From Tubulanus polymorphus (taxonomy: Eukaryota; Animalia; Nemertea), in NCBI RefSeq assembly GCF_964204645.1, contig NC_134029.1:23306950-23370949 (forward strand): DNA of 64,000 nt. The letters run 5' to 3'. Each line of letters begins with the position of its first letter. Position 1 is the stretch's first letter. Positions 1 through 13,676 of the stretch are shown piece by piece. The notes under the pieces were generated by a model. It did not search any database. It had not been told where the DNA came from and worked only from the letters and a program-made list of their open reading frames with translations. The position numbers and the translations under genes are program-made.

Positions 1-3000
1 TGAAATTAAAGATCCTCATATGGGAAACGGCCATTTTGGTGATGGTTATCTAAGCTTGATAAATTCAACGGAACATTACTGAAAGGATTGGTTGAACGGT
101 GGTCATTGATCTTTGATCTCGAGCTTGTTGATTTAATCGATCACACTGTTGAACATAAAATGATGTCATCTTTTTATATCATCCTTTCTATTATAACAGT
201 GCACAGGTTTTTCAATTGATCAACTGTTTTCGTGCGTCACATGTGAAATAATTCTAAAAAAAAACGCATTTTGACCGCGTCGAAAATACGTAGTATTCAC
301 AATATTAATGTCTACACTTCCCAGTTCACTCTTCCCGGTATGACGTCACGAGTAACCTGAACAGAAAGCAAGAAGTTATCAGGAAGTGATCGATACCTGT
401 TCTCTCTGTTCTCTTCCATTAAGTTTGCGTTTCCGTTCATTGGGCAGTTTGTATCAATTGGTTGTAACGCGTTTGGCCGGACGTTTTGGGTCCTCTCTTT
501 TTTCAGGTCAGGTAAGTTTTCGAACCCCTGCTTTCCGGGGTTACACATCGCTGAGGATTTGAGTAATAATTAGTTCAATACATTTTTTTTTAGTTCATTT
601 GATTTGATTTCTCTTAGTTATTCAATAGGTTTCCGCGATATGTTTAAATTAATCTTTTTTGCTTTTTTTGCCAACTCGTTGCCCGGTAAGTTAGCTCATT
701 CAAACTCATCGCCTGCCTCTCTCTCTCTCTCTCTTACTCTGGCTCGTGGATTGGGCCTCGTATAACATCAAGTCTCCTGATGACTGTCCACCACAAAACC
801 CATTGACCGGCAGTAAAACTCTCAAGCCGTCAGTTCGGATAAGTGCAATTAATCCACGGGGAATTGTCGTCTTTGCTCAGTGCGGTTAAATCCGTATCGA
901 CTAACAGGTGACAAAGACAGTAAATCCTTGTGTCATCTGCAAATCGAACATGACAAGAGATGACCACGGTATAATACCCTTATAATACTTACCCTTGTCA
1001 CCGGTTAAGACGTTTAAAGCCAGCTTCGGTCCGCTTTTCTTACTTGTCTATACGGTTTCGGCTCCGACAGGAGATGACAGGAGCCATCCTACGCAGTGTT
1101 TTAAGGAGTGACCAACAGTTTCCGGGATGGGCATGAAAGATAGTTGCTGATGCTTTGCGTTATGTAAACTTAAACATCATAAAAGAGTCATTGTGCACAG
1201 GTTATTGTTTTCATACATGAGTTATGCAGTGTAGGTCTATATACAGGGTTTGAAGTGTCATCGTTAATGCAGGCGTATCAATTTTCCGAATAATATTAAT
1301 TTGAGATGACAATCGAATTAACTGTCACTGCGTATTGTCAGAAATGAAGTGAAGAGCCAGAACTTAAAAGCATTTGTTATTGTGTTTTTTTTTTGGAATT
1401 AATAATGTAAAATTGCATTCGATGGTTATACGCAATATAGCAGTCGGATACAGTGTCGAAGCACTTGGGGATTAGGTTCTTTATGCGACCAAAAATTCCT
1501 TATTAATTTTTCATTTTTCTAAAGAATTTTTCTGTTCTATACGAAAAAATCGATCGAGCTCAAAACTGCCGGTCAAACGAAAGACGTGGAGGTTTTTGAA
1601 TGTAATTTGAGCTCATTGTACGCACGACACCTCGGCGACTGGAACACTAAGTTTTCAGGAAGTTATCGAGACCTGTTCTCTTCGATAAAGTTTCAGTTTC
1701 GGTTCATTGGGTAGTTTGTATCAATCGGTGGTGATCAACGTAATTAGATGTGACGGTCCGATCACGATAGATGATCACCGAAAAAGATCCGATCCCACAT
1801 CAATTTGTCGCTCATCTAAACAAGAGATCATTATCTCCATCAAAATGACAGGCGGCTGGCTATATTACCAGCATTCATCAAGCCAAGGTGACCAGGGGTC
1901 AGTTACTGTTGTCCAATTACCAGTCACTGCCGTAATTATCTATTAAATCAATACGAAGATATCGGTTCCAATGACGATAGTTCAGAGGACAAACAGTGAC
2001 TCTGTGGACAGAATCGTCTATTCACTTCCTTACTCCGATTCCAAGCCTTTATCGGGGTAGAAAGTCTCACTCCTTGTGGAACGTCGATACCGAATAGACG
2101 GTCATATCCGCCATTTTGAGGTTACAGCTCTTTGTGGCTTGATGACCTTATAAAATAGCCAGTTTGGCGACAAGGTTCGGGAATTATCGGTCTTAATAAT
2201 GATTGCGACAGTTTGCCTGCGGACCGCCGAGATGCCGTGTTAACCCGGTTAAACACCGTGCAAATTACTGCCAATTTCACTAAACGTATAATTAAATTGA
2301 CTAAGCACGTGACTGAGTCGACAATTCCCTAAAAAGATATCGGCCTCGTGTTCTATGTTTCTATGCTGCGATTGCAACTGCGCGGGTTTCTTCCGATTGC
2401 GAGATATTTTACACAAGACACAATTTCAATGACCTAATGAGGCGATTTAGATTCAGGACAACTGGTCGACATTACCGCCACGACCAACGCCATTTCCAAA
2501 GACAAATCTGCGTTGATTAATCGTTAAAACCGAAAGCTCGTATACCGCGGCGATAGACGGCAACGGGACTTATCTTGAAAAATTTGACAAAAGTTTGCCG
2601 CAGAATGAGATGATTTAGATGCGTGACTGTATCTCAAACGCAAGCGGCTATTTACAAAAACACAAAACATCCGATGGCAACGCGGCTCGTTTTCATGCAC
2701 ATTTTGACGCGCCAATCGAAGTCTCATTGTCAAAAGACTTTTTGGACAGGACATCAAGCGCGATGCCATCAAGAAAAGTGATGAGGGTGCCGCGTAGACT
2801 TAATGTTGCAGATTTGGCGATCTTAGATAATAAAACCAATTCTCCTCGAGCGAAGTGAGAATAATAAGTGATTTGCTGGATAGATTTCGTAAGCAATTCC
2901 ACCACAGAGTTCTCCGTTCATTTAGCTGTTGTCATAAGGAAATGATATGGAGATGTTGGTAATCGTCATTTCATCAAAAACGGGTTTATTCCTGTGTCCG

Positions 3001-6000
3001 CGAAGTGAAGACTGCAAAATGACAGTTGGACCTATTTGTTTGTGAACATGATATTCGATATGGAAAAATATATATTTGTCTCTGATGGAAGAAATTACTT
3101 GTGATATTTTATATAGCTACAGTGAACGGTTGGAGCTGTGATAGTAATAGAGTTTAGACTCCTTCAATCCGAGCCGATGTTTTATATTTTCGACGATGAT
3201 CTTTCCGCCGTGTTTTACTGATCCGTTCGTAAGTCACATTGGCAGCGATTTACCACCTCTTGGTACAAACATCGCTTATTTATGCGATCTGTTATCATCA
3301 AACTTCTATGAAACTTAGTGCATGTCATGTGCCAAGTATATTTCATGGTGCGTACACGGATTCTATTTCTGCGATGTTTCAGGCGATTGCTCTTCTCTTT
3401 TTTATCTCGAATGGTTTTTTCCGCCAAAGATCTTTCACACGGAGATCTTTCCTTGGGACTCGCTATTTGCTCTTCAAAGTAAAGAAATGATCTTCTTTGA
3501 TTGTTAATTTCGCTCGGAACTAAAGCGGGAAGTAGTGGGCTGTGTGTTTTTCACTGACTGGGATGCTTCGAGAACAAAAGGATGTGATATTCTAAACATA
3601 TGGCTTAAAAATCACTAATCATACGCGTACGCAATAACAGAATCTTTACACTTCAGTTATTTTGGTAGGGGAATTGTTTAGACATAATTGACACAGTTCC
3701 ACAGTTCGGGGTGGATTTCGGAAGTCACATAGCGATGATTCCTGTGTATAAATTTCACTGCGAAACCGCGGTCCCATCTCATTACACAGCTACAAATCTA
3801 TCAAAATTCGTCCATAGTTTCTTTACAATAAATTCGGTTAATTTTTGGGTATATTTGATCGTCTTACGCTAGGGAGGGAGGTGGAATTGGATGTAATTTC
3901 ACTTTTGCTGTTCCAATCTCTTTTACTCCTTCAATGCTGATGATAATCACTGGAGTGAATCATTGGCGTCAGAAGTTGAAGAGCCACCACGCGTTGAATC
4001 GTCGGTTTACCTCTTGAAACACGCACGAGGAAGAGAGTATAAACTTTATGACATTAGCCCGTGGCTTTACCGATTTACCTTATACCCCGTACATACCGTG
4101 GCAAAAAGATAAAAGAAACTGCTTTGCACGTATCTCTCATCTCCAACACAGATATCACTTTGTGTGTTCAGATTCACCTGAGCTAAGTCATGTAACTTTC
4201 ATCATATAAATCTTGCGGTAGATCATGTTATATCAGCTATTTTCTATCTGATATAGTCAGGGGCAATCAGTATAACACGACACACATGTACACCGGATTC
4301 TTTCCATACTCAATTTTGCAACCATCTAATGGCGGAATAGATTTTCAAATTGAAGTCATATCGATATATGGAGACCTCAATACTTTGTGAAAACTGGACC
4401 CAATCGTTCAGACAGTTTCACCTGTAACTACTTAGACTGTCTATAAAGTTGACTGTGCTTACTTTCACCAGGGAAGTATAACCTGCTTTCACTGAAGAAT
4501 TTGAATAATTGCAAAGTCAAATCCCGATTAGATTTAAGGGCTTTTAAAAGGTATCCGAATATCAAATATCTCCTCTAGTATATTTACACGTATCTACTCC
4601 AGCGAATCTTTGCCATTTCTTCATTTGGTTGTCCCGTGTAGCGCAGGTAACGTTTGCCAGATGCTTGTTCTGCCAATCGTTTATGAACTGTCAGTAATTC
4701 ACCCATTATAAAGACTGAAATAGCAGCACGGACCTCTTTAGCTTGTATCAAATACAAGCACAGCCTCACCTGGTATTTCAGGTATGTAATGACTTCAAGC
4801 TGAGAGGAGCAGGACACCCGAAGAAACGCCAACAACTCCGATCGGTGCGGTTGCAATAGCGGCGCTGAACAAGTAGCAAATCTGTCTCTCAACTGCGGAT
4901 ATTTCATCTGTTGCGGCGTGTTATCTCGAGTAGAAAACCCGTTCACTGCTGGTTCTGGCTCGCTGACGGAGAACCTCTGTGTTTCTAGATTATCAGCGCA
5001 CTACTGATTAGAGTGATTTTCTTGCTTCCGATGAGACATCGACGTCTGTAAGAAAGTAAAAGTCTGGCCTGATGTGTTCGATTTCAATTCGTATTCAAGT
5101 CAAAATATGAATTCAATTAAATTTAAAAAGGGAGCCATATACAAGTTATAAGTAGGAATGTCATCACTGTGTGATCACCAATCGTGTCGCTACTTTCTAA
5201 GCTTCCCAAAAGGGATGATCGTTTTTGGCTCGGGGATGAATCTAATTTTGGAACTGGATTCTTGATCTTCTTTTTTTGTGATTTGTCAAATCAATCAAAA
5301 GCAGAAAATGTATATAACAAAGTGAAAAGCTAAAATTAGTATGTGGCTATTTGAGCTGCCTGCGATACGTAAGCGGGGGAAGTTTGCCTGGCACAAGCAC
5401 CGCTGATTTGAACGCTCAGTTCCAGCACATATCCATCGGAATAATGATCCCCGGTTTACAGCTCGTCAGCCGAGAACACCCGTGATGCGTGCCGGCTAAC
5501 AGAATGCAAGCCACTGCATCCTATATAACTAATTTACCTGCCAGCGATGGTTTATCCGTTCGGTTTTACCCCTCTCCACAAGACGAGAACATACGTCTGT
5601 TTACAGTTTACCCGGATTAACTGACAAATTTTGCGTCAAAAACGAAGGCAACTTCATCCGCTCATAAAAATCACGTTTCGTTGTCCAGTTCATATTTCTT
5701 AGGTTTCCTCCAGGGTTAACCTCCTTGGGTCCAATTGACGTATTAATAAATAGGGAAAGGATGTTAAAGATAGCCGCGGAGTTACTTTCGTCTTATCTTG
5801 ATATGATACACTCGTGTAAATCAGCGATGACATATTTCAGGTATTGCGCTATACCTGAAGGAACACACATATTCTGTGTGAATGTCAGGACGTTGAGTCA
5901 TGGATGGTTGAATCAGCTCGCTTTTCATAGCTACGATAATTCAATTCTGATGAACATGTGGCATCTGGTCGTTCTGACATTTCATTCCATCAAAAACAAC

Positions 6001-6380
6001 AATGCTTGTGTGCATGTCTGTTTGTTTTACAGTCAGCTAGATGGTGCCTCTGTTATACTGAAAACTGAGTGTATAGATTGAGCGAATTATTTCAAGCATA
6101 AAATTTAATCCTAAAACCAGTTCTTGCGGAACAGTTTTTCATTTGGCCTTCCCAAAAATTACCCACGGTCCAGTTTCACGAAAGACTCAGATTTTTGTTT
6201 TAATTGCTGCTAATGATTTCAATGAGGCCATCAATATTGAAACCTAACCGTTATCTAAGATAAACGATTTTCACGAAACTGGTCCCAAATGGCACTCCGG
6301 ACTTCAGACGTCTGAAGAAATGTTGTATCTTTTTTCATCGAGTTTTAATTAATGGTCGTCTTGATTTTGTGTATTTTCAG

Positions 6381-9300
6381 CTCTTGATAAACTCGCGTAC
6401 AACAATCTATATCCGTTAGGCATGCAAGTTGAAATCGTACAGCCGAACATTGTGTTCGACATCGCTAGTTTGATGTTATATGGAGCCCAAGCGACACCTA
6501 TTCGACTTAAGATTCTTCTCGATAGACTGTTCAGCGTACTGCAACATGAGGAGGTCCTTCAGGTAATTCATCTATCAATATTCTCCACATTCGGGATAAT
6601 GATACTGCAAAGTATCACGAGAACAGTGCAAATAAGCCAAAATCTGTAAAATCGTCATAGTTATGCATACAAAAATATTAGTTTGGTAGTTTCCAAGATT
6701 GAAATATTTTCATAAGATTCCTTCAAAATTAGTTATGATTTTTCTGATCGGAATGTTCTTGTTTATACATTTTGCAGGTTCTGCATAGTTTTGGTTGGTC
6801 GTACGAAGATTATGCGAGGGGATACATCCTGCAGGTAGATGTCAGTATATTCATATTTTTTATTTTTTATTTCCAATCGAATCTTCTTCCGCGTGAAGAA
6901 TGTTGAAAGATAAAGTGAAAAACCCTCAATAAGATAAAAATAGGCAAGAGGGAATCGTCTTTCCTAGCTCTCGACTCAAATCTATGAGCCATTTTCAAAA
7001 TCAAAATCTGATTTTTCAAAACTCAACAATTGGAAAATAATTCGTTATTAGCTTTTTTCAACGTTGCTTCACGGGCTTTCTATCTATTTCCCTCTATTTT
7101 CGTTTAAATCGAAATCTGATAATTTCAAGAGAGATGTCGTACATTAATGAATCGTATATTTTGTATTTTTCAGGATCGTAACGGTCGAGTATTGGACAAA
7201 TGGAGCATCGCTTCTCGCGAAGAAGAGCAGATTATTCTGCAACAGTTTCTACGATTCGGCGAAACGAAATCTATCGCGCAGGAGATCATTCTACAAGACA
7301 CGAAGGAACGTCAGGAAGTTTATTATCGCCATTCTCCGCGTACCGAATCGGACATTAAAAAGTTCATCGAACGAAGCAGTTTGCAGATGCAGAGTTTCAT
7401 GCGATCGTACGAAACTCAGCGCCAACAGCAGCAAGCGTTACTGAACTCATCACGTCCGGCTCACACTCCGACTACTACCACCAGCACACCGAGATTACTG
7501 AGTCCGAATGGTGCGCATATTTACTCAGCCTCATCTACAAACTCACTGCGCGATTCCCGACCTCTGAATCTACCGAATCCGAGCATGAGTCCGGTGTCGC
7601 ATTCTCCGCTGAATCGATTACAAACTATGCAGCCTTACGATCTGAAACGTGAAGCGGTCAGTCCGCACGTGAGCCCTGCATCCGCTGCCGAGAAACGAAG
7701 CAGCAGCATACCGCCTAGTTCGAGTCCAATCAATCTACCTCAACGACCGATGCCCGGATTGTTGTCGATGACACCTTCGATGCCGGATCCCCGAGCGATT
7801 ATCAGCAGTCGAATTCAACAGCAACAGCCTGAAGATCTGTCCAAAAATAGCTCCAAATCATCATCCTCGCCAATGATAGTCTCTAAAGAACCCGAACCCC
7901 GTTCTGAACGCGATCGCGATAGACCAAGTATGGCATTGAACTTCTCCAAAATGCCAATGCCCGACCGTCATCCGCCTGTCATCCCATCATCCATGAGCAA
8001 TGGCTTCAACTCTTTGTATGCGGAGCGTAAAATCAAACATCTTCGCAAGTCTGCCAATCCGATCAAACGAAACTGGACAAATACTCCTGTAACGGCGTAC
8101 GGAGGCTCACTGATCGGGCCAACCGGTAAAAAACGCGTTCTCTGTACTGCTTGCAATAAGACATTCTGCGATAAAGGAGCTTTGAAAATACATTATAGCG
8201 CTGTACATCTGAAAGAAATGCATAGCTGTACAGTTGAAGGATGCAACATGTTGTTCAGTTCTCGTCGTAGCCGAAACCGCCACAGCGCTAATCCGAACCC
8301 TAAGCTACACCGCCCAATGAAACAGAAGCTTCCAGAAGGAGCACGAATTGTCGATGACGGTGGAAAGGCTCATATCATCGGAGGCGCGTCTGATATTTCC
8401 GGCATAGCTCCGCAGTTGTTGAGTCCGACGATGTCTACGCACGGATTACCGGGCTTCATTCACGCGCCGTCGCCGATTACAGCGATATCTTCGGTCGCGC
8501 ATGCGATGGTAGAACCGCCTAGAGCTTCGTCGGTGCCACATCTTCACCATCAACACGCAGACGGCACAAATCCGTATTTCGTCGACACGATGGAACGTTA
8601 CACACTCGTCGAGCCGTCTATGAAAAAACAACGATTGGATTTAAGCGATGACGATGATGTCGGATTCGATCCAACAATTCACGATGATGACGATGACGAC
8701 GATGACGATGAAGAGATCGTAGTCAGCGAAGATGTTAAAGACTCGGAATTAGCGGTCGTACCGTCGGCTGAAGAGCGATTCGTGGAACCGGTGGCGCGAA
8801 GCACGAGCAAAAGGAAAAGCCAGGTTCCCGTCAGGTGTAAACAAATGGAAGAAATGTTTGAAATTAGCGATGAAAATTCTGACGAAAATCTGACCGGAGT
8901 AAAAGGGGTTTTATCGATAGGCTTGGACCAATCTGCTGATTCAAAGGACACTTCTACTGAAGTCCAAACATCCGAATCTACGAATTTGGAAAACATGAAC
9001 ATGGATGTCGACACCGACCCCGAATCGCATCGTACATCGCCTGTAGATATTCAGATGAAGAGCGTCGATACTAAAGACTCTCCTGCTGATGCTAAAATAC
9101 AGCATGATGCCAATTTCAACACGGAAAAGCCCGAAGATACATCGGAATCCCAGCATTTGTCAAAAGAAAGTGAATCGAAGGCCGAGTCAGTTGATAGCGG
9201 AGTTGTCCCGGATAAGAACTTTCCCGCTATATCTTCAAATCAACCCGTCTTTCCAGATATGGATCCAGAAAACAGTCCGCACAGAGAGATCAATGTAGAC

Positions 9301-10083
9301 AATCTCTCAGATGCCGAGTCGAATGCGTCGTTCGGTTCGAACGAGTCGGGAGCGCATCTCTCCGAGAACGGGGACGGTAAAACTGTTTTCGAGATCCCGA
9401 TGGATAAAGAGAATCCGCGACGATGCGTCGCGTGCGGAAAAATCTTCCAAAATCATTTCACCGTTAAAACTCACTACCAAAACGTTCACCTGAAATTGAT
9501 GCACACCTGCACGATCGAAGGTTGTAACGCGGCTTTCCCGTCGAAACGAAGTCGCGACCGGCACAGTAGTAATTTGAATCTGCACCGGAAATTACTTTCA
9601 ACTGCTGAACAAAACGATGGAGTCGCTAGTGCGGTTAGCGATACGTCAAGCGAGACGCAACCGAATACGAAAGACGAGGAAGTGACGAAAATGAACGGTA
9701 GAATTTCTCCTGAAGCGCGGGAACGTATAGATGTTCGCGCTCAGTTGCTCGAAACTTTAAGTTTGAAATCGCTCATGTCGTATCCGGCCGACCAGAGTGA
9801 CGACTCCGGGGCGTTGAACAGCAGCAGCGGCGGCGACGCGGCTTCGATCACGTCGCAAAACTCTACCGATCAAACGCACGTCGAGTGTCACTTATGCAAA
9901 GAAAAATTCAGAGACAATCTCGTGCTGAAGGAACACTGCGAAAAAATACACCCGAAAGAGATGTACTACTGCACCGTGGGTGGATGCGATAAAATGTTCT
10001 CTACAAGAAAAAGCCGCAATAGACACAGTCAAAATGATAATCTTCATCGCCATTTGGGGGACACTCCTTCGTGTACACCATAG
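6381..10083 (+). CDS. BNC: Basonuclin/disconnected-family C2H2 zinc-finger protein, 5'-partial. Exons 6381-6562, 6778-6834, 7174-10083
   Basis: Spliced translation [51 protein letters not shown]|[19 protein letters not shown]|[25 protein letters not shown] matches the conserved basonuclin N-terminal domain. Three C2H2 pairs follow ([51 protein letters not shown]). GT-AG boundaries are in phase. The upstream Cys-rich exon was not found, so 1-6380 is probably intron. Confidence 0.95.
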
Positions 10084-12251
10084 ATTACGATGGTACAGAC
10101 TGGCGCTAGTGATGGACTGCAGTATTCATCAAAGAGAAATGTATATCAGTAACATGTAACACTTATTCTCTGCTTGGTTACTGACCGAAGACCACTAATT
10201 GCTCAATGTATGATTCACCTATTGCACATAAAGATTAAATACGATTCTAGAGAATTAAGATTAAGATTACTGGTTACAGTAATTAGTGAATCGAACATAG
10301 CGGACTAGTTCATAATAATGAATCTCAAACTGTTGAATACTTATAGCATTAGAATTTAATAGTATTTCTGACCATTGTTTAAAGAGCAACCAATCAAGTC
10401 TATGCATTTTAGTGATGTGATTTATCACTTTTCGCGGTTTTTTTTAATTGCATTTATTTTACACCAGTACAAGTAGTATATGTAAAGCTTATTGACGCTT
10501 TTGAAATTATGTCGTTTTATTTATTTGTGTTGGGATTTCAAGTAGCACAATTTGTACAAAATGTTTTCATTGCATGCATCACTATTTCTATATTCATATA
10601 TATACATATATCATAATGATTACCTTATTTGTGTTGATTTCGTCAAATGTTATATTGATATGAATTTAAGGGTGTACTAACATTTTTTACTGTTTTACCC
10701 TCAAGCAGTGGAATTACGCGAACTCCAACATTAAAACTGAATATATAGGTTTATCGCAAGGATGCAATACGGTAAATCGAAAGCTAGTGAGTTGATATGA
10801 TTTCGCAGTTGTGTAGTTCCAGTGTTTGACTCGTAAATCAAGATCGTGTGACTTACTAATTCAATGCAGATGAGTGGATTTTAGTCATGGATAAGAATGT
10901 TAGAACATACACTAGAAAGTGGGCGTTCGTTTAACTATTATATCTAAAAATGTGTTGGAAAATTATTTACGCGTTTATTAAAGTATATTTGAATGATATC
11001 GCATCGTATTAGTAAAACATATAAGGGGTATACACGAAAACGGTTGCTAATGTAATTATGCTGTAAATTATTTAGAATAGTTTATCAGGTCGGCTTGTGT
11101 AATACACGTATGTCCATTATTTGTTAAAGGTAATATTATAATGAAGATAAGCATTTATTTTGCATGACAATTTTGTTATTAATATATTCATAATTGAGTA
11201 TTTTATCTGTAGTAATTTCTGATTGAGGTTTATATTATATATAGTTGCACATTGCTGTAAAAAAAACGAGCTTTGAACATCGATAGTGTTTATGTGTTAT
11301 ATTTGTTGGTTGGGCTTGTAAGTTTGCACATTGCATTATCTTAGTGTACTGCGTTGATAAGAAAGTCATAACTCCTCTCAGCCTATTCTTCCTAATACCA
11401 ACAAGCGACCAAAGTCTTTGTCTTCCAAAACGAAGAAAAATAAAGAATATCACCAGTGGCCCTGTGTGTTGATATGCCATCAAACGTAGGTAGTCATGCT
11501 TCAGTGTGACATGATATGTATACCATAGGTTTAGCTGTTTAGCATACATAGTTCCATTTCACGTGTTAGGAAATATATCTGTGAACATCAAAATTAGTGA
11601 AATTTAGATGAAATTCACGAAGAAAAATGTAATCGTGAAACAATCATCAGTAAAACAAATTCAAATCTTGTCTCGAGGAAAGATTGTCTCTTTGAGTTTT
11701 GTGGGGAGGAGAAAGTCTCGATTTTAAGTTTTTCCATCACGGGTACGATGAGATATTTTAGTATTCTAATATTGGCCAGTGATTGTGAACGGTAAACACA
11801 GTCAAAAATTCAGAAATGTGTACATTAAATCGCACACTGTTACGCACTTGCTTTTGACAACTTCAAATTGTGTTTCTTATGTAGATAAACGGATCTCCAC
11901 TTGTACATATTATAGTCATATTGTAATTGTAAATAACATTGTTAAGGTACGATAATCGTGTAGCTGATACGTAGAGTAGTTGCGACTTAGTATCTAAGTC
12001 AGTGTTCACTTTTCTATGCATTTCTGTATCAAATATGTCCCTGCTGGATGAAATAAACAATGTACCTTCTGCTGTTTAAAAAGATATTTCAACTAAGATA
12101 AGCTCCAGTACCACGTTCGAGTCTATAGTTGAACGATACGCAGAAGGTTCATTGCGAATTCTTATCACTTTTATATGTTTTGCAGTTCGACAAATTGCTT
12201 TATAAATTTATAATAAGCTATTGATATTATGATTATTATTCATATGTACAG

Positions 12252-12418
<167 letters not shown>

Positions 12419-13676
12419 GTACGTATATAGATGATGAGATTAAAACTCGCTAAGTGAAAATGTTTTATAAATTTTCAGGATAATTTTATAACAACAACAA
12501 AAGTATAATAGTGTGTACGTGTAAATAGGATTGGAAGTTTGTATAGGTGGTAATTTTAACTTCCAATTTGTGTAATAGATATTTAACTCATCGACGAAAA
12601 GAGAAATGTGGTGTAATGGTACTTTGCATGAAGAGATTAATATATTATCAGATTTTAGCTTAGAATAGATATTTGATTATTACAAACATGTAATACATAA
12701 TTCTCTGTAGTAAAAGCATATGAAAATTGCTACATAATATAAAGGGTTAAACCATAACAAGAACCATGGTGTCCAGTAGAGTCTCCGTACTAAGATTAAA
12801 CCGTTTTGAAATCATTACAATTCTGTACACATAATCAATGATCCTTGTCCAAGTCGTAATTTTGTACTAGTAATTATTTATTGTTAAATCTATAGCAGTC
12901 AATCAAAAGAATGTGAGTGAACCTGCTGTAATCGTTTTACCAGACTTTGTTTGTTGACTGTCCCAACTGATGATGAGATGATCAAATGATTAGAAAATAC
13001 AAGTGTTGTTACTAAGAATCGGTTATTCTTTCTTCGAATTGTCGTTTTCTTTTCTGGTCCGTTTGTTCTTATTGGACATTGGCGATACATCTGGTTAAAT
13101 GCTCTAATGACTTCACCAAGAACCTTAGTGACTGATGTACCACACAGGTTACACTATGATCGTAGAGCGACGGAGATCACTGGTGGAGACAACCGCTGCC
13201 AGTGCTGGGTGAACTAATGACGAACCTTCAACTCGTGGAACATCATTACAAGATCCTAAGAAAACCCGATATGTTTGCTAAAAATGCAACTTGAAAGTTA
13301 GCACATTAGGGTCATCTTGATATCATTGAAGAGGCTCCACTGTCAAAAGAAATAGATATTCCTCTTGCTACTGAATATGAAGAAAGCAGCGGAATAAACA
13401 GGACCACATGAAGAACCGTAGAAATATTGAAAATATTGAGACACGATTGAACAAAATTATATCTCTTTATCGATAAAGCAATTGAACATTAATAAATATC
13501 AATATAATAATCAAACAATGAAAACATACCACGCATTAAACAGCACATAAACGATTAAAACTTTGAGGTTAATTCCAATGACAGATTATTGAATTAACCT
13601 GAAGTGTAAATGTAATAATAATCCGGCCCCTCTCCAATAGACACAAGATACAATCATAAAACAATAAATCAAAAAA

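Noticed and set aside
5725-6081. ORF containing HGW as a possible upstream basonuclin exon
   Set aside because: It lacks the expected Cys spacing and a suitable phase-1 donor after the HGW motif; probably chance.
7968-9585. Antisense and alternate-frame ORFs within the basonuclin exon
   Set aside because: Shadow ORFs of a long coding exon with no recognisable motifs.
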